A stretch of DNA of 61,641 bases, counting the filler, from Asterionella formosa (lineage: Eukaryota), in NCBI GenBank assembly GCA_002256025.1. It is 25 parts of 25 records of this genome, joined end to end, with 100 filler letters (N's around TTAATTAATTAA, not from the genome) between each part and the next. Parts side by side here need not be neighbours in the genome. Positions count along the whole stretch, not along the records: positions 12,383 to 14,755 come from NKIB01015357.1; positions 14,856 to 17,228 come from NKIB01015358.1; positions 17,329 to 19,699 come from NKIB01015359.1; positions 19,800 to 22,170 come from NKIB01015361.1; positions 22,271 to 24,640 come from NKIB01015362.1; 20 more parts are not named here. The stretch is one strand, 5' to 3'. This document shows, piece after piece, positions 12,611-24,640 of the stretch. Below the pieces are notes generated by a model. The model worked only from the letters and a program-made list of their open reading frames with translations. It made no database searches and was not told the origin of the DNA. Every line of letters begins with the position of its first letter. Position 1 is the first letter of the stretch. The position numbers were made by a program, and so were the translations under genes.

Positions 12611-13930
12611 TAATCGAGCTGAATTTAACTGATAGCGCTGAGTTTGTCGCAATTGTGTCGTTGCATCAACAGGAAAACCGGAGAATAGTCGAATCAAGTG
12701 GAACCTTGCTTTCAGCGGGCCTTGAGTATTTTATGTTTTGCTTTTCCGGAGCGATATGGATGGTGAAAAGGCAGAAGTGATTATCACCAAGAAAAAGATA
12801 ACAGAAGACAAAAAATATGTGTTGAAGATTTCGCCTTCTCCTTTTTCACAACACGCAGCGAGAGCTTCCTTGTTGTGCCGGTGTTCGCTTCATTCATGTT
12901 ACATGGTACAGTGCGCGTTGTCCAAGACCAAATTCATTTATTTCGAACGATCACACATTTCTACATAAAAGCTCATATGATTGGACAAATCACTAGTCAT
13001 AGTATGATTTTATTAATATTTCAGACATAAAGTCAATTAATACTTTTCTAAATGTCCTGACCTATGTAGATCGAACGATTAAGCGCTTGTGACGTTTAAA
13101 TAACTTCAAGTTCCCCATGGGACATTTGTCATCGAATGACTTCATGATGTCCATTCTATATCACATACCTACAGTAATACATACATACATGTAAATTATA
13201 TATCTGCATTTTCATTTCACCGGTTCAGATGTACGTGTGTACCACGGTTTACCGAGCTGCTTTTATACGGAGGCAGAAATACCGTTAAGGAAATTGCGAA
13301 CTACCGAATTCACACATGTGTACGTACTTTGGGTTTCGTAGACCTATGTTTCAAATGTCCCATCGGCACGAACGACATTCGAACACCGAAATAGACTCCA
13401 GGCCCAGCGTAAAGGTATACTGGTAAACATTTCATAAATGTCCGAGAAGGTCCGGCAATCGAGACATTTAGCTGAATATTTTCATAAGTACAAACATGTT
13501 TCACCGGACTTTCGACAGAGTGTTTCATTTACTGGTCTATTTGATTGGATAGGACAATGTCGACTTAAACCTGACATTGGGAATGCAAGCCTAGCATAAA
13601 AGGTAAATTTCACCTTCATTGATGTTGAAGCAATGTAATATCATTACCGGTATATTGATTGAACAGTGAACAGCGTTCCATATGAACATATAGAGATTTT
13701 CTACACCCAAAGCGAATCGAAATGTTTATTTAATCAGCGCCAAGATATTCACTATTTCAATCCTGGGCTACTATTTGGCAACAACATCCGGCTGTCGTGG
13801 TGTTTGCTGTTGTTGCTTGCAAATAACCAATGAAGCACTTGCCGTTAGTAGCTACCAGGGTACTTACGAGCTGTTATGTAGAGAATGGGATTGAACTACT
13901 GAGTACCAGTACCTGGTACCTAGTACCAGG

Positions 13931-14127
13931 TGAAGTATCTAACTAGAAGTAGTAGTATTTGTTGAATATATAAGCTTATTTGTTAATCCTTGTGTGTAAC
14001 TCGTTCTCCAAGTCGACACCAAAGTATACAATGAGGGTTAGTCGAGTTCTCTCATTATTGAGTTCTCATACATATATGATATAACACTAACCCTATATAC
14101 ATCTGTATTGATGCGCAAGATCGCTCA
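13931..14127 (-). mobile_element. Gypsy 3' LTR (197 bp)
   Basis: On the minus strand the PPT GGTGTGGGAGAG is followed by TGAGCG...CTTCA; near-identical copy at 53627-53823. Confidence 0.85.
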
Positions 14128-14755
14128 CTCTCCCACACCAAGGGAAAACCTTATACCTTTGAAAAGGTTTGATGTAATGGATATTAATTCGTTCCGTAGT
14201 ATGCATAGTTTGTTGAAAAGTAACTGTACCATTGGCATATACTTGAATAAATAGAATAAGGACCTCGTCCATGGTTATCCAAGGTAGTAGGATTATCCAA
14301 TAGGATTAAAACCTCATCAACAACCTTGTAATCGCAAGAACGACGACGGAAATTATCACGACGTAGTCATTTGTCAATTATCACTTATCGACATTGATAT
14401 CCCAATATCAATTACATATCTGTAATCAAATCATGTTGGAAAACCCATGTTCCTGGTGAAAAAACACAATGTACTATAAATAGTAGCTCGAGCTGCATAT
14501 GATGCAGCAAACTGGTATCCACAATATTCTGAACTTGAAATTCCTTGATTGGAGGATGAGCCTTTAACATGACTTGTACATAGGCTTTTAATGTGTATGA
14601 AAGGAATACCAGTAAATTGACCTCCATTGTCATGTATACAACCTTCTGGACGGAGATATCCGTCCAACCAATCATTTTTAAATTTCATCGCAATATATTC
14701 TGATGTCTTATTATTGATATGTGAAATTTCTGGTAAATTGGTGACTGTGTTAACT
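14128..14755 (-). pseudogene. Degenerate Gypsy integrase, C-terminal part
   Basis: MKFKNDWL..YLRPEGCIHDNGGQFTG (integrase core) and NGTVTFQ..ERINIHYIKPF (C-terminal SH3-like part); frameshifts and deletions. Confidence 0.85.
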
Positions 14756-14857
14756 NNNNNNNNNNNNNNNNNNNNNNNNNNNNNNNNNNNNNNNNNNNNT
14801 TAATTAATTAANNNNNNNNNNNNNNNNNNNNNNNNNNNNNNNNNNNNNNNNNNNNTA

Positions 14858-15505
14858 CCGTATACTTCATTGTCCTGGACCCCCCAATGTACACTGCCGT
14901 GACTGAATTTGACTGATTTTACTTAAGGGGGGCCCAGGACAATGAAGAGATTTCCCTTATAATGGACCTAAGTAAATTTCTTTAGTTCTACAGGATAGCG
15001 CACATTTTTCTAAGATGTATTAATATGACAATTATTTCCGTCTTGTGAAAAATGAGAGAGTTCTTCACCTCGCAAGAAAAACGCGACTTCATGTTGTTAT
15101 CGGCGATCTCAATTTTCGTTGTCATTATTAGTGTTATTACTTTACTTCTTTTACGATTGTATTTTCGATGTCATTCTTAATACAGGTAGCAAGTAGCAAA
15201 GCGTCGTTCTCTATTTTCGTGGAGATAATTGGTATTTTCGTCATGGTCAAGGTTGCGACAACATCATGAAGGATTCTCCAGCTGCTCACAGCCACTACCT
15301 GTCGTCTCTTGTGTTTTGTATGTACAAAAGAATCGCAAAATGGTAGCTAAATTATTACATACTAGTGCCTACGAGGACAAAAAGAATTATGGCACGTTAC
15401 TTTGTCTATGACAAGAAAATTATTGGGTGTTTGGTTCCACCTCGAGAAAAATGTACAGGGGGGTCCAGCAACCATAGGGGGGGATCAGGACAATGAAGTA
15501 TACGG
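14858..15505. mobile_element. Complete Tc1/mariner (pogo-like) MITE, 648 bp, TA target-site duplication
   Basis: Perfect 20-bp TIR CCGTATACTTCATTGTCCTG / CAGGACAATGAAGTATACGG with TA on both sides (14856-57, 15506-07); extra inverted TIR-motif copy at ~14927-14947; no transposase ORF. Confidence 0.92.
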
Positions 15506-16493
15506 TAGCTAAATGATTTGCTTTGTTTTTGAACATCAGCGAAGTATGAACAACATCATCTGGACGTCCTCTGTGGTATTTAGGAGTACTTTTCAATGGT
15601 ACAAGTACTCGGTACTCCGGCACTATGCTGTACCGGTACCACGTAGTACCTGGTATCGACCTCCAAAAACTACAGTGCGTGCCCAATCGTCTAGAGGCAC
15701 GCGACACATGATGAGTAACACAGACTTGAGACAAACACCAAACTTGCTGGTATACATAGAGACAATACGGTGCGTGTCCGAAGGATCTATTTAGGTTTAC
15801 ATAGATATATGTAATAAGACCAAAGGATCCAATGCCTGCCGGGACTAAGTACAGATCATTGAATTGTTATTCATCTCTGCATACAAATCTTTAACTTGCA
15901 CATGGTCGAGTCCAAAAAATTTCAGATTTGCGGCAAGCGTGGGAGCAGTTCATGCAATGTGAAAGGTGTGCCAAATTAGTGAGAAGGTCATAATTTCCAA
16001 CATTACGCAACATTATTCGACATCAGTTCAGCCGCTCTGAAAGGTACGATCATAATGAATTCCTTCCCCGCACCTCGAATAACAAGTCTGTACACGGTTG
16101 AAAGTTACCATAGCTCGAAGAATCTACAGAATCATTAAGCCTCGACGTGAAGGGGAACATGTGATGCTGAAGACGGCTTTTCGAACAAGACTCATCGAGT
16201 TATGTTCCTGCCTCTTAATCACCAGGACTGATTGGTTTTATCCATTTTCACGGTTACTCTCCGTCGTATGTGATTCTTCTTGAATTGTGCTGTCAGCCTG
16301 TGTGGTGCGATTTTTTTGGAGGGAAGCGATTTTTTTAGGGAATCAATATGCCCATTTTGTATGCATCTTGGAAAATAAGCATTATGACGTCCTCATACCG
16401 AGCATCATGCCCACTAAACAACGTTTTTGTCGTCTTCCCTGTCACAGGCAATATTTCGGGCAGCTCTTAAAAGATTGTTGACAGGCAAATTCA

Positions 16494-17228
16494 ATGAAAG
16501 CATCTTGTGCATTCACCGCTTTGGCGTTGCTTTGCCTGGTTAATGCCCAGAGTACTCAACTAAGGGGAACTTCCGATGTTACCCATGATGAAAGTGCTCC
16601 CGCGCATTCTGGCCGCGCTCTTATGGGCATGAAGGGCAAGGGAGGTATGGGAATGGGCTCCAAAGGATCAAAGGGCTCCAAAGGATCAAAGGGCTCCAAA
16701 GGATCAAAAGGCTTAAAAAAATCAAAAGGAGCAAACATTTCTAAGGGTGGAAAGCCTGATTGTGAGGAGGTTGTGCCTAAAAATCCTGAGTTCCCAAAAG
16801 CTGACTTTCCAGAATATCCCATATACAGCGAAAGCTATGCCTCCAAATCCAAGTCTGGTGGTTCCAAGGCTGGAAAGCCTGAAACAGACTATTGGCCCCA
16901 CCCAAAGCCAGTTGATCCTCCTTACCCAAGGCCAGTAGCAACTCCATACGAGGGCGACGACTACCACACGAGTTCCAAGTCTCAATCTGAAGGTTCCAAG
17001 TCCGGAAAGGGCAAGGGAGGCTCAAAGTCTGGAGGTTCCAAGTCTGGAAAGGGCAAGGGAGGCTCGAAATCTGGAGGTTCCAAGTCTGATAATGGCAAGG
17101 GAAGCTCAAAGTCGGGAGGCTCCAAGGCCGGCATGCCCGAAGGTGCTCCATATCCATATCCCAAGCCAGTTGCTGCTCCATACCCATATGCCAAGCCAGA
17201 TGCTGCTTCTTATGATGGTGATGATTAC
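16494..17228 (+). CDS. Silaffin/cingulin-like biosilica-associated secreted protein, 5' part
   Basis: Signal peptide MKASCAFTALALLCLVNA; LRG and RAL (RXL) motifs; SKG repeats and KSGK/KAGK KXXK motifs; Pro/Tyr-rich blocks ending in GDDY; truncated by the contig end. Confidence 0.85.
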
Positions 17229-17328
17229 NNNNNNNNNNNNNNNNNNNNNNNNNNNNNNNNNNNNNNNNNNNNTTAATTAATTAANNNNNNNNNNNNNNNN
17301 NNNNNNNNNNNNNNNNNNNNNNNNNNNN

Positions 17329-17475
17329 ATCAAATATTTAACGTGATGTATTCAGATAATATATAGATATATTCAACTACGTATTTTGATGTATTCAACT
17401 AATTCATGTGATGCATTCAAAATCAACTAGGCTTATTTATGTGATGGTCACTTCACGTAATACGCGGCTTAGATG
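17329..17475. mobile_element. Terminus of the CATCTAAG-ended repeat family (copy 1)
   Basis: Near-identical to 32331-32478, 51970-52115 and the reverse complement of 31713-31860; homology stops sharply at ...CGCGGCTTAGATG. Confidence 0.85.
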
Positions 17476-18842
17476 CTAGTGAGGGCTTGCAACCGTGATG
17501 CACAGGTGGCAGTCTGCAACAATGCTGGAGTGCCACTCCTATGGGCAGCAAAGGTCCACTGGAAAATGCCTTCAACAGCAAAGTTGCAGTGTGCAACGTT
17601 TCAACACATTGACAATTTGCATGCAGCAGCACTTGCTTCTGTATGATGGCAAAGCACTTTGCAGAAGTATGATGGGTCCAAGGCAAAGGAGCAGTAAGGT
17701 CTGATAAACTTGGAAAGGTAATTTTTTGTATACAAAGGTAGTTGACATCACGACATAAACTATGTTGCTGGACATGGAGTATATAATTGAATTAATCTAC
17801 TAATGTGTGCTCTACAAATTTATTGCATACCTTGTTGGGTCTGCATGCTGTCTGTCACAAATCCATATATTCAAGTACTGACACATGCATACGTATTGGA
17901 CATGTGTATCTTCCAACTTACTATGTACCCGGTACCGGTGCCTGGTACCTGGTACTGTTGACGTTCACCATCGAATGAATTTAATCAGAGCTACCAGTAT
18001 GCTTCAATATTCCTCTGCTATAAAGTGCCAGCAGTAGTAGGAACCTACTACGGTACCAGCATTGACGTATTGACATTAGATTTCCTAAATCATGGTTAGA
18101 GTGCTGGATAATTTTCACAATACTGTACCCGTACCTGATAGTCTGGAAGGAAAAGCACATGTTTGTAGCTGCCTGTAACCGTTGAATACTCGTGATGCTT
18201 TTGGGTGATACCGGTACTTATATTCTATTTTATTTTATGTTGAGAATGAATATTTTCAGTTTAAATCGACTAGCCGTTGCATGATACTTTTTCAAATATT
18301 GTGATACCGGTACCCTATCCAAAATGATAAGATAGGAAAGCCCCTTAACTGGTCCCAGGTAGGCAGGACAAAAATATTCTATGTACATCATTGGCGGGTC
18401 ATGGCAGTTTCTTACTGGAATCATAGTCATCGTTGCTTCCTCCCAACTGCCACCACATCAACTACGTGCAGGCCGGCACTATCGGACTTCGACTACTCCG
18501 ACTAATGGTATATTATTATATATATGAACATGAAGAACTATATACTCGCTAAATTTCGCTCCTTTCTTATGCTAGCCAGCTGTATTTTCGGGATGATTCG
18601 GTATATATATCTCGATATACCGTTGTATCAATGAAAGCGCTCATGAAGCAACAGTATCAGGGGTATACCTGGGGTGCCAGGGTAACGGAAGTAGGTACCG
18701 GTACCCTATTTCTTGAATGATTAGGCATATCAAGCTACACAGTCTAGTCTATCTTTACAAGTTTAGGGAGTAGCAGATATTGTTCGAAAGTGAATGGAAA
18801 GTCACTAACATACATATAAGAACGATCGCGAGAGACGAGAGG

Positions 18843-19699
18843 ATGGAAAAAATAACAATAGAAGCCGCATCAGGCATTAGAATGAGGGTTTCTCCCACAC
18901 AGCCAACTCTGGTCCGTGATGCCAAGACTCCTACTCCTTTCTTGACTGTCGTCCTTTCGTCCCCAGTACCGTCGTCGGACGATGAAAACGATAATCGTGA
19001 AATTAATTGCGAGCTCGCTTCCAGCCCCGAAACCTGTCGAGACCCGTCCTCCCCTGAGAAACAGGATCCTTCGGGTGACAAACTGCCAACAAGTTCTGGA
19101 TGGCTATGCGCCGGCATCCTTTTCCCTATTGCAGAGTCCGACAGCTGTCTGGACAACCGATATGATTGGTGCACTAATCACGGCAATGAGGTCGCCACTG
19201 CTGTGGAGATGGACGAGCATAAAAGCCTCGGTGGGATTGAAGACGGCGAGTCGATTTCGTCCCTTACTACACTCGGAAATCGTGCGTTCGGGGACTTGGC
19301 CTCCCTTCCATCCGTCAATACGACAACGATTCCTCTCTCCAACAAGCTAATGGAACAGGATATTGATGATGGATCGACCATTGCCTCACTGGACAATCTC
19401 TCGGCACTGGAAATAAAAGACGAGAATGAATCGATAACCTCGGAGAAATTATTTGATGACAATGAAAGTGTTGATAGTGGAGTTTCCATCGACTCAGACA
19501 AAGTGGAGGCTGCTGTTGAGAAGAAACTCAAACAGATTTCATCTTCGGATGACCTCCTTGTGAGTCCCAGTATGATCAGCCAATCAAGTAAGGTGAATGA
19601 TAGAAGAAATAAATCTGGGAGAGAGCGGCAGCATGGTATCCCCTTCAAGTCAGCACAGTCCATGGAATCTATGAGCTATTCCGATTTGAAGGCTGGAAG
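18843..19699 (+). CDS. Ser/Asp-rich low-complexity hypothetical protein, 5' part
   Basis: Long open frame (>280 codons) with higher GC than flanks, running to the contig end; no recognised domain; start uncertain. Confidence 0.65.
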
Positions 19700-20040
19700 N
19701 NNNNNNNNNNNNNNNNNNNNNNNNNNNNNNNNNNNNNNNNNNNTTAATTAATTAANNNNNNNNNNNNNNNNNNNNNNNNNNNNNNNNNNNNNNNNNNNNC
19801 AGTGACAGACCGGCCGGAAATATTCGTCTTGTGTGATGAGCCATTTCCTTTTCATTGGATTGCTTTTCAAGCTCTTAACGGATTGCATAGTACGAACATA
19901 CTGTGCAATGTAGATGATGATTCATCGAAGACATATGACGACTTGAACGACAAATGAAGATTTTATCACAAAATCTCGTTCCTCTCCTCGACATGGCTGC
20001 TTTGTCGTTGTTGCAAGAATCAGAGTGAGGAGACAAACCA

Positions 20041-20259
20041 CATTACTCTAACTGGTACATTATCCTACCAAGAAATTTAAATAAAGGAACCTAAAAGAAA
20101 AAATACAGATAATAATTGAATTTCCATAGTCAAAAGGGTTACTATTTAAATTACGAGGGCATTTATCACAATTATTAGATGATATAACGAAAAATTATGA
20201 TCAGATGATCATAATCCTATGATTCATCATGGAAATATGATGGTTTTTATTTGCAGACG
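20041..20259. mobile_element. Terminus of a related C(A/G)TCTGCAA-ended repeat, abutting Gypsy pol
   Basis: Matches 56830-57048; homology ends at TTTGCAGA(C/T)G; sequence right after it is mid-Gypsy pol (compare CAAGCTTTTGAAGAAATG, minus strand ~27755-27772). Confidence 0.75.
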
Positions 20260-21130
20260 AAGTTTTTGAAGAAATGAAAGCATTGTTAGTTGCAAATACA
20301 CTCATGCGTTATCCTGACCATAATCTTCCTTTTCATATCTTTACTGATGCCTCTGATTATCAATTTGGGTCGGTCATTATGCAAAATGATCTCCCAGTTG
20401 CTTATTATTCTCGCAAATTATCTGCTGCTCAAAAGAATTATACTACTATTGAAAAAGAATTACTTTCTGTGGTAGAAACTTTCAAAGAATTTCGCTCTAT
20501 GTTATTGGGCGCAGTTCTACATGTTCACACTGATCATCGAAATCTTATTTATAATACATTACATACTCAACGTGTTCTACGATGGCGACTTTACATTGAA
20601 GAATACCATCCTACTTTTCATTATGTGAAAGGGACTGACAATGCTATTGCAGATTCCATCTCTCGCCTCCCGAGGCTTGAGTCTTTGGTGGAGGATGATA
20701 TTGATATTGGACCGAAATCTCCAACATCAACTTCCACTTCTACTTTTTCAATTGAATTAGATGATGAACCTTTGCTTACATGTTTCCTTAATCATCCCAT
20801 CTTGACAGACAATATTCAATATCCTCTGGATTATAATTTAATACATGATAGACAATTGCTGGATATACAATTGATTCTCAATCAACAAACACATCAATAA
20901 AAAAATTTCCTTCTTTCAATTTTCATGATATATTTTTTATATGTTTTGTGAAGAATCCAGGAGATACTTGGCATATTGCTATTCCTACATCATTATTGGA
21001 TCCTATATTTAATTTGTATCATCAGATGTTAGCTCATGTGGGTATGACAAGATTAAATGCTACAATTGCTACAAATTTTTATCACCCTACATTAAAAGCA
21101 AGAGTGGAACATATTGTAAGAGTATGTTAA
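20260..21130 (+). pseudogene. Ty3/Gypsy pol fragment: RNase H plus integrase Zn-finger start, disrupted
   Basis: [53 protein letters not shown]...C region after a stop/frameshift; same family as 27211-29587. Confidence 0.93.
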
Positions 21131-21134
21131 GCAT

Positions 21135-22170
21135 GCTATGTGATGTACTTTATTCAATATTACGTATCATACTTTGGTGATGTATGTATCGATGTAACCT
21201 TATCATGATATCACAGTATCATCTTATCAATCATGATGAGATGATTGGGAAGCAACTGTATTCTGCATCGTGCTACAGGGTATATTATTATATCACGCAA
21301 TTTAGTAGCTAAGTCACTCTGCCTGTAATGTACTAAAGTCGACAGTGCACATACCGGGTACTGGTACTCAAACGCTAATCAGGTTTGAGGCAACGGACAG
21401 TGGTTCGAACGAGCGAATGATGATACCACAGGTACCAATTTTTCCAACGAAAGAACTTGTCTCTCTATTGATGAGGATGACACAGACACGGAAACCGACT
21501 TTTCCAGGAGGACACAACAATGAAGAGACCCACTTCGTCTGCGTCGCTCTATTGATGGTAACAAAGATGCGGACAAGTTCAACAGTGAATACAAGAACAA
21601 CATAACATTGAAAACAAGTCGACAGTGTGTGCATGCACACGCCAAGCAAGTTTGAGGCAACGGACAATTCCAACAAGCAAATGACGATACAGATATCAAA
21701 TTCTTCCTACGAGCAAACAACAATGAAAAGAGCCACTTGCTTTCGCTCTCTTGCTTGTTGGTATCAAAGATGCGGACAAGTTCAATAGTTAATTCAAGTA
21801 CAGTATACCAAATGCAGAAACAAGCGAGCGATATGAAAATGAAATGCGTTCTAATCAGAATCATTCTATAACTATAGCTATGTGGACAGTAGTCTGTTAC
21901 GCACATTTTCGTATCTCCTTCTATGCTGAATCGAAATAGTAGATGTAGTATCATGTGAGAATTGAAAATTTCAACGAGAACAAGTAGAATGTGTTTGTTT
22001 ACGGGTTGATTGGCGAGATTGTCATGCTGAAGTGGACGAAACAGATATACTTTGTGCGCAAAATCGGAAGTTGGTAGGGTTTATAATGTCGTTTATTTCT
22101 CCGTTCTGAATGATTGGACCATTAATAGCAGCAGCATCATGATCTACTAAACTATCAAGGAATAAACCAT
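21135..22170. repeat. ~1 kb dispersed non-coding repeat (copy A)
   Basis: Highly similar to 23585-24626 with small indels; internal direct repeats (GTTTGAGGCAACGGACA; AAAGATGCGGACAAGTTCAA). Confidence 0.9.
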
Positions 22171-22340
22171 NNNNNNNNNNNNNNNNNNNNNNNNNNNNNN
22201 NNNNNNNNNNNNNNTTAATTAATTAANNNNNNNNNNNNNNNNNNNNNNNNNNNNNNNNNNNNNNNNNNNNACGAGTTACTACCGGTACCTGGTACCAGGT
22301 AGTACGTCTACATCTTTTATCAGCACCTTTAAGTAGCACC

Positions 22341-22529
22341 TACGGTTATGGTGGTACTATGTTTTTCCCTATTATTTTCTGTCGCAGCTCTGTAGAGGCT
22401 GCCATGTACGGTTATGGTGGTACTATGTTTATCCCTATTATTTTCTGTCGCAGCTCTGTAGAGGCTGCCATGTACGGTTATGGTGGTACTATGTTTATCC
22501 CTATTATTTTCTGTCGCAGCTCTGTAGAG
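22341..22529. repeat. 66-bp tandem repeat, ~3 copies
   Basis: Units start at 22341, 22407 and 22473 (TACGGTTATGGTGGTACTATG...). Confidence 0.95.
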
Positions 22530-22830
22530 AGGCTGTGAAAGTCAAAGCGCTGCCCCCCCCCCCTCCTCTATTATACCGGAAAAATTTGGTACATCACCCA
22601 TTATCGTGCGTTGCAACGGCCCGCGACAGGGTGGCTGTGGTTATGGAGCAGGGGGTAGAACGCCACAACATGACGAAGTCCCAAGGATCATGAATGGGAA
22701 GAAAACTTTGCTGCATTCTGGTGGTACCATTGGACTTGGGAAACAGCGAGGAAAATTGTATCCCACCGTATCAAACGGTTTCGAATAAAAGGAGGTGGAA
22801 CGAAGAGATGTGACAAGAACTGACATAAAC

Positions 22831-23189
22831 ATGACACTTCTGTCCGACTCGGTCGATGGAGCAAAAGAAACGACACCAGCGTCCGGTTATTTGCAAATGG
22901 CTGTACTTGATTAAAAACAAATAACCATTTTGTTAGTAACTATTTATGAGTAAATAAAAATTCTTACTTCCATCTTTCCCCATAGGAATCAAGCAAAAAC
23001 GAAAGTGTTCCTGACGAGGAATACTGACACGTCGATCCGGAAAGTGGGGAACTCATTCGTCTCACAGTAGCCGAAAAGGAGCGTATCTTTCTGGACGCCC
23101 TTCAGTCCTACGATGCCACTGGAAGACAAATGCTCAAGGATGACGAGTTTGACCTATTGAAGGAAGATTTGCAATGGAACGGATCTGAG
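22831..23189 (+). pseudogene. PGRL1: PGRL1 (PGR5-like 1) N-terminal fragment with an intron (22903-22985) and an in-frame TGA; truncated
   Basis: Exon 22986-23189 reads ESSKNESVPDEEY*HVDPESGELIRLTVAEKERIFLDALQSYDATGRQMLKDDEFDLLKEDLQWNGSE, matching the PGRL1 pattern E..FL.ALQS.Y......EFD.LKE.L.W.GS; missed by the ORF track; 5' exon boundary tentative. Confidence 0.8.
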
Positions 23190-23584
23190 CATATATATAG
23201 CTAAAACAAGGAAAGACGACACGACAATGAACGTGATGTCTGGTTGTTGAGGATACCGGTATGTGATATGCATCAATCAATATCACAAATCATATTATAG
23301 TGATGTACATATCAACGCATCCGTATACTTAGATCCTATCCACTGTATAATACTATCATATTAACTGTTGACTTTAACTGTATACATTAAACGACAGACA
23401 TATATATTAATTAACATACTTTATGATTGCTTGATTTATATTCTGTGATGTATCGATAACACTTGCGTACATATTTTATCTTATTTTATTGCCATTGTAC
23501 TATTTTTACATTATCATATTTTGATCAAAATTCTATCATATACATTTCATAAAATCATCATAGTTTTATGAACAATGTATCATA

Positions 23585-24640
23585 GCTATGTGATGTACTT
23601 TATTCAATATTACGTATCATACTTTGGTGATGTATGTATCGATGTAACCTTATCATGATATCGCAGTATCATCTTATCAATCATGATGAGATGATTGGGA
23701 AGCAACAGTATTCTGCATCGTGCTACAGGGTATATTAAATTGTCACGCAATTTAGTAGCGAAGTCACTCCGCCTGTAATGTACTAAAGTCGACAGTGCAC
23801 ATACCGGGTGCCGGTACTCAAACGCTAATCAGGTTTGAGGCAACGGACAGTGGTTCGAACGAGCAAATGATGATATGGTACCATTTTTTCCAACGAAAGA
23901 ACTTGTCTCTCTATTGATGAGGATGACACGGACACAGACACGGACACGGACATCGACTTTTTCAGGAGCAAACAACAATGAAGAGACCCACTTGTCGCTC
24001 TATTGATGGTAACAAAGATGCGGACAAGTTCAACAGTGAATACATGAACAACATACCATTGAAAACAAGTCGACAGTGTGTGCACGCACACGCCAAGCAA
24101 GTTTGAGGCAACGGACAATTCCAACAAGCAAATGAAGATACAGATATCAAATTCTTCTTACGAGCAAACAACAATGGAGAGAGCCAATTGCTTTCGCTCT
24201 CTTGCTTGATGGTATCAAAGATGCGGACAAGTTCAATAGTTAATTCAAGTACAGTATACCAATGCAGAAACGAGCGAGCGATATGAAAATGAAATGCGTT
24301 CTAATCAGAATCATTCTATAACTATAGCTATGTGGACAGTAGTCTGTTATGCACATTTTCGTATCTCCTTCTATGCTGAATCTCAATAGTAGATGTAGTA
24401 TCATGTGAGAATTGAAAATTTCAACGAGAACAAGTACCGGTAGAATGTGTTTGTTTACGGGTTGATTGCCGAGATTGTCATGCTGAAGTGGACGAAACGG
24501 ATATACTTTGTGCGCAAAATCGGAAGTTGGTAGGGTTTATAATGTCGTTTATTTCTCCGTTCTGAATGATTGGACCATTAATAGCAGCAGCATCATGATC
24601 TACTAAACTATCAAGGAATAAACCATTATCATAGTCATCG
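23585..24640. repeat. ~1 kb dispersed non-coding repeat (copy B)
   Basis: Highly similar to 21135-22170. Confidence 0.9.

Noticed and set aside
16556..17194. Antisense and alternative-frame repetitive ORFs over the silaffin-like gene (also 7533-8036, 19178-19663, 59599-60207)
   Set aside because: Shadows of genuine coding sequence on the opposite strand
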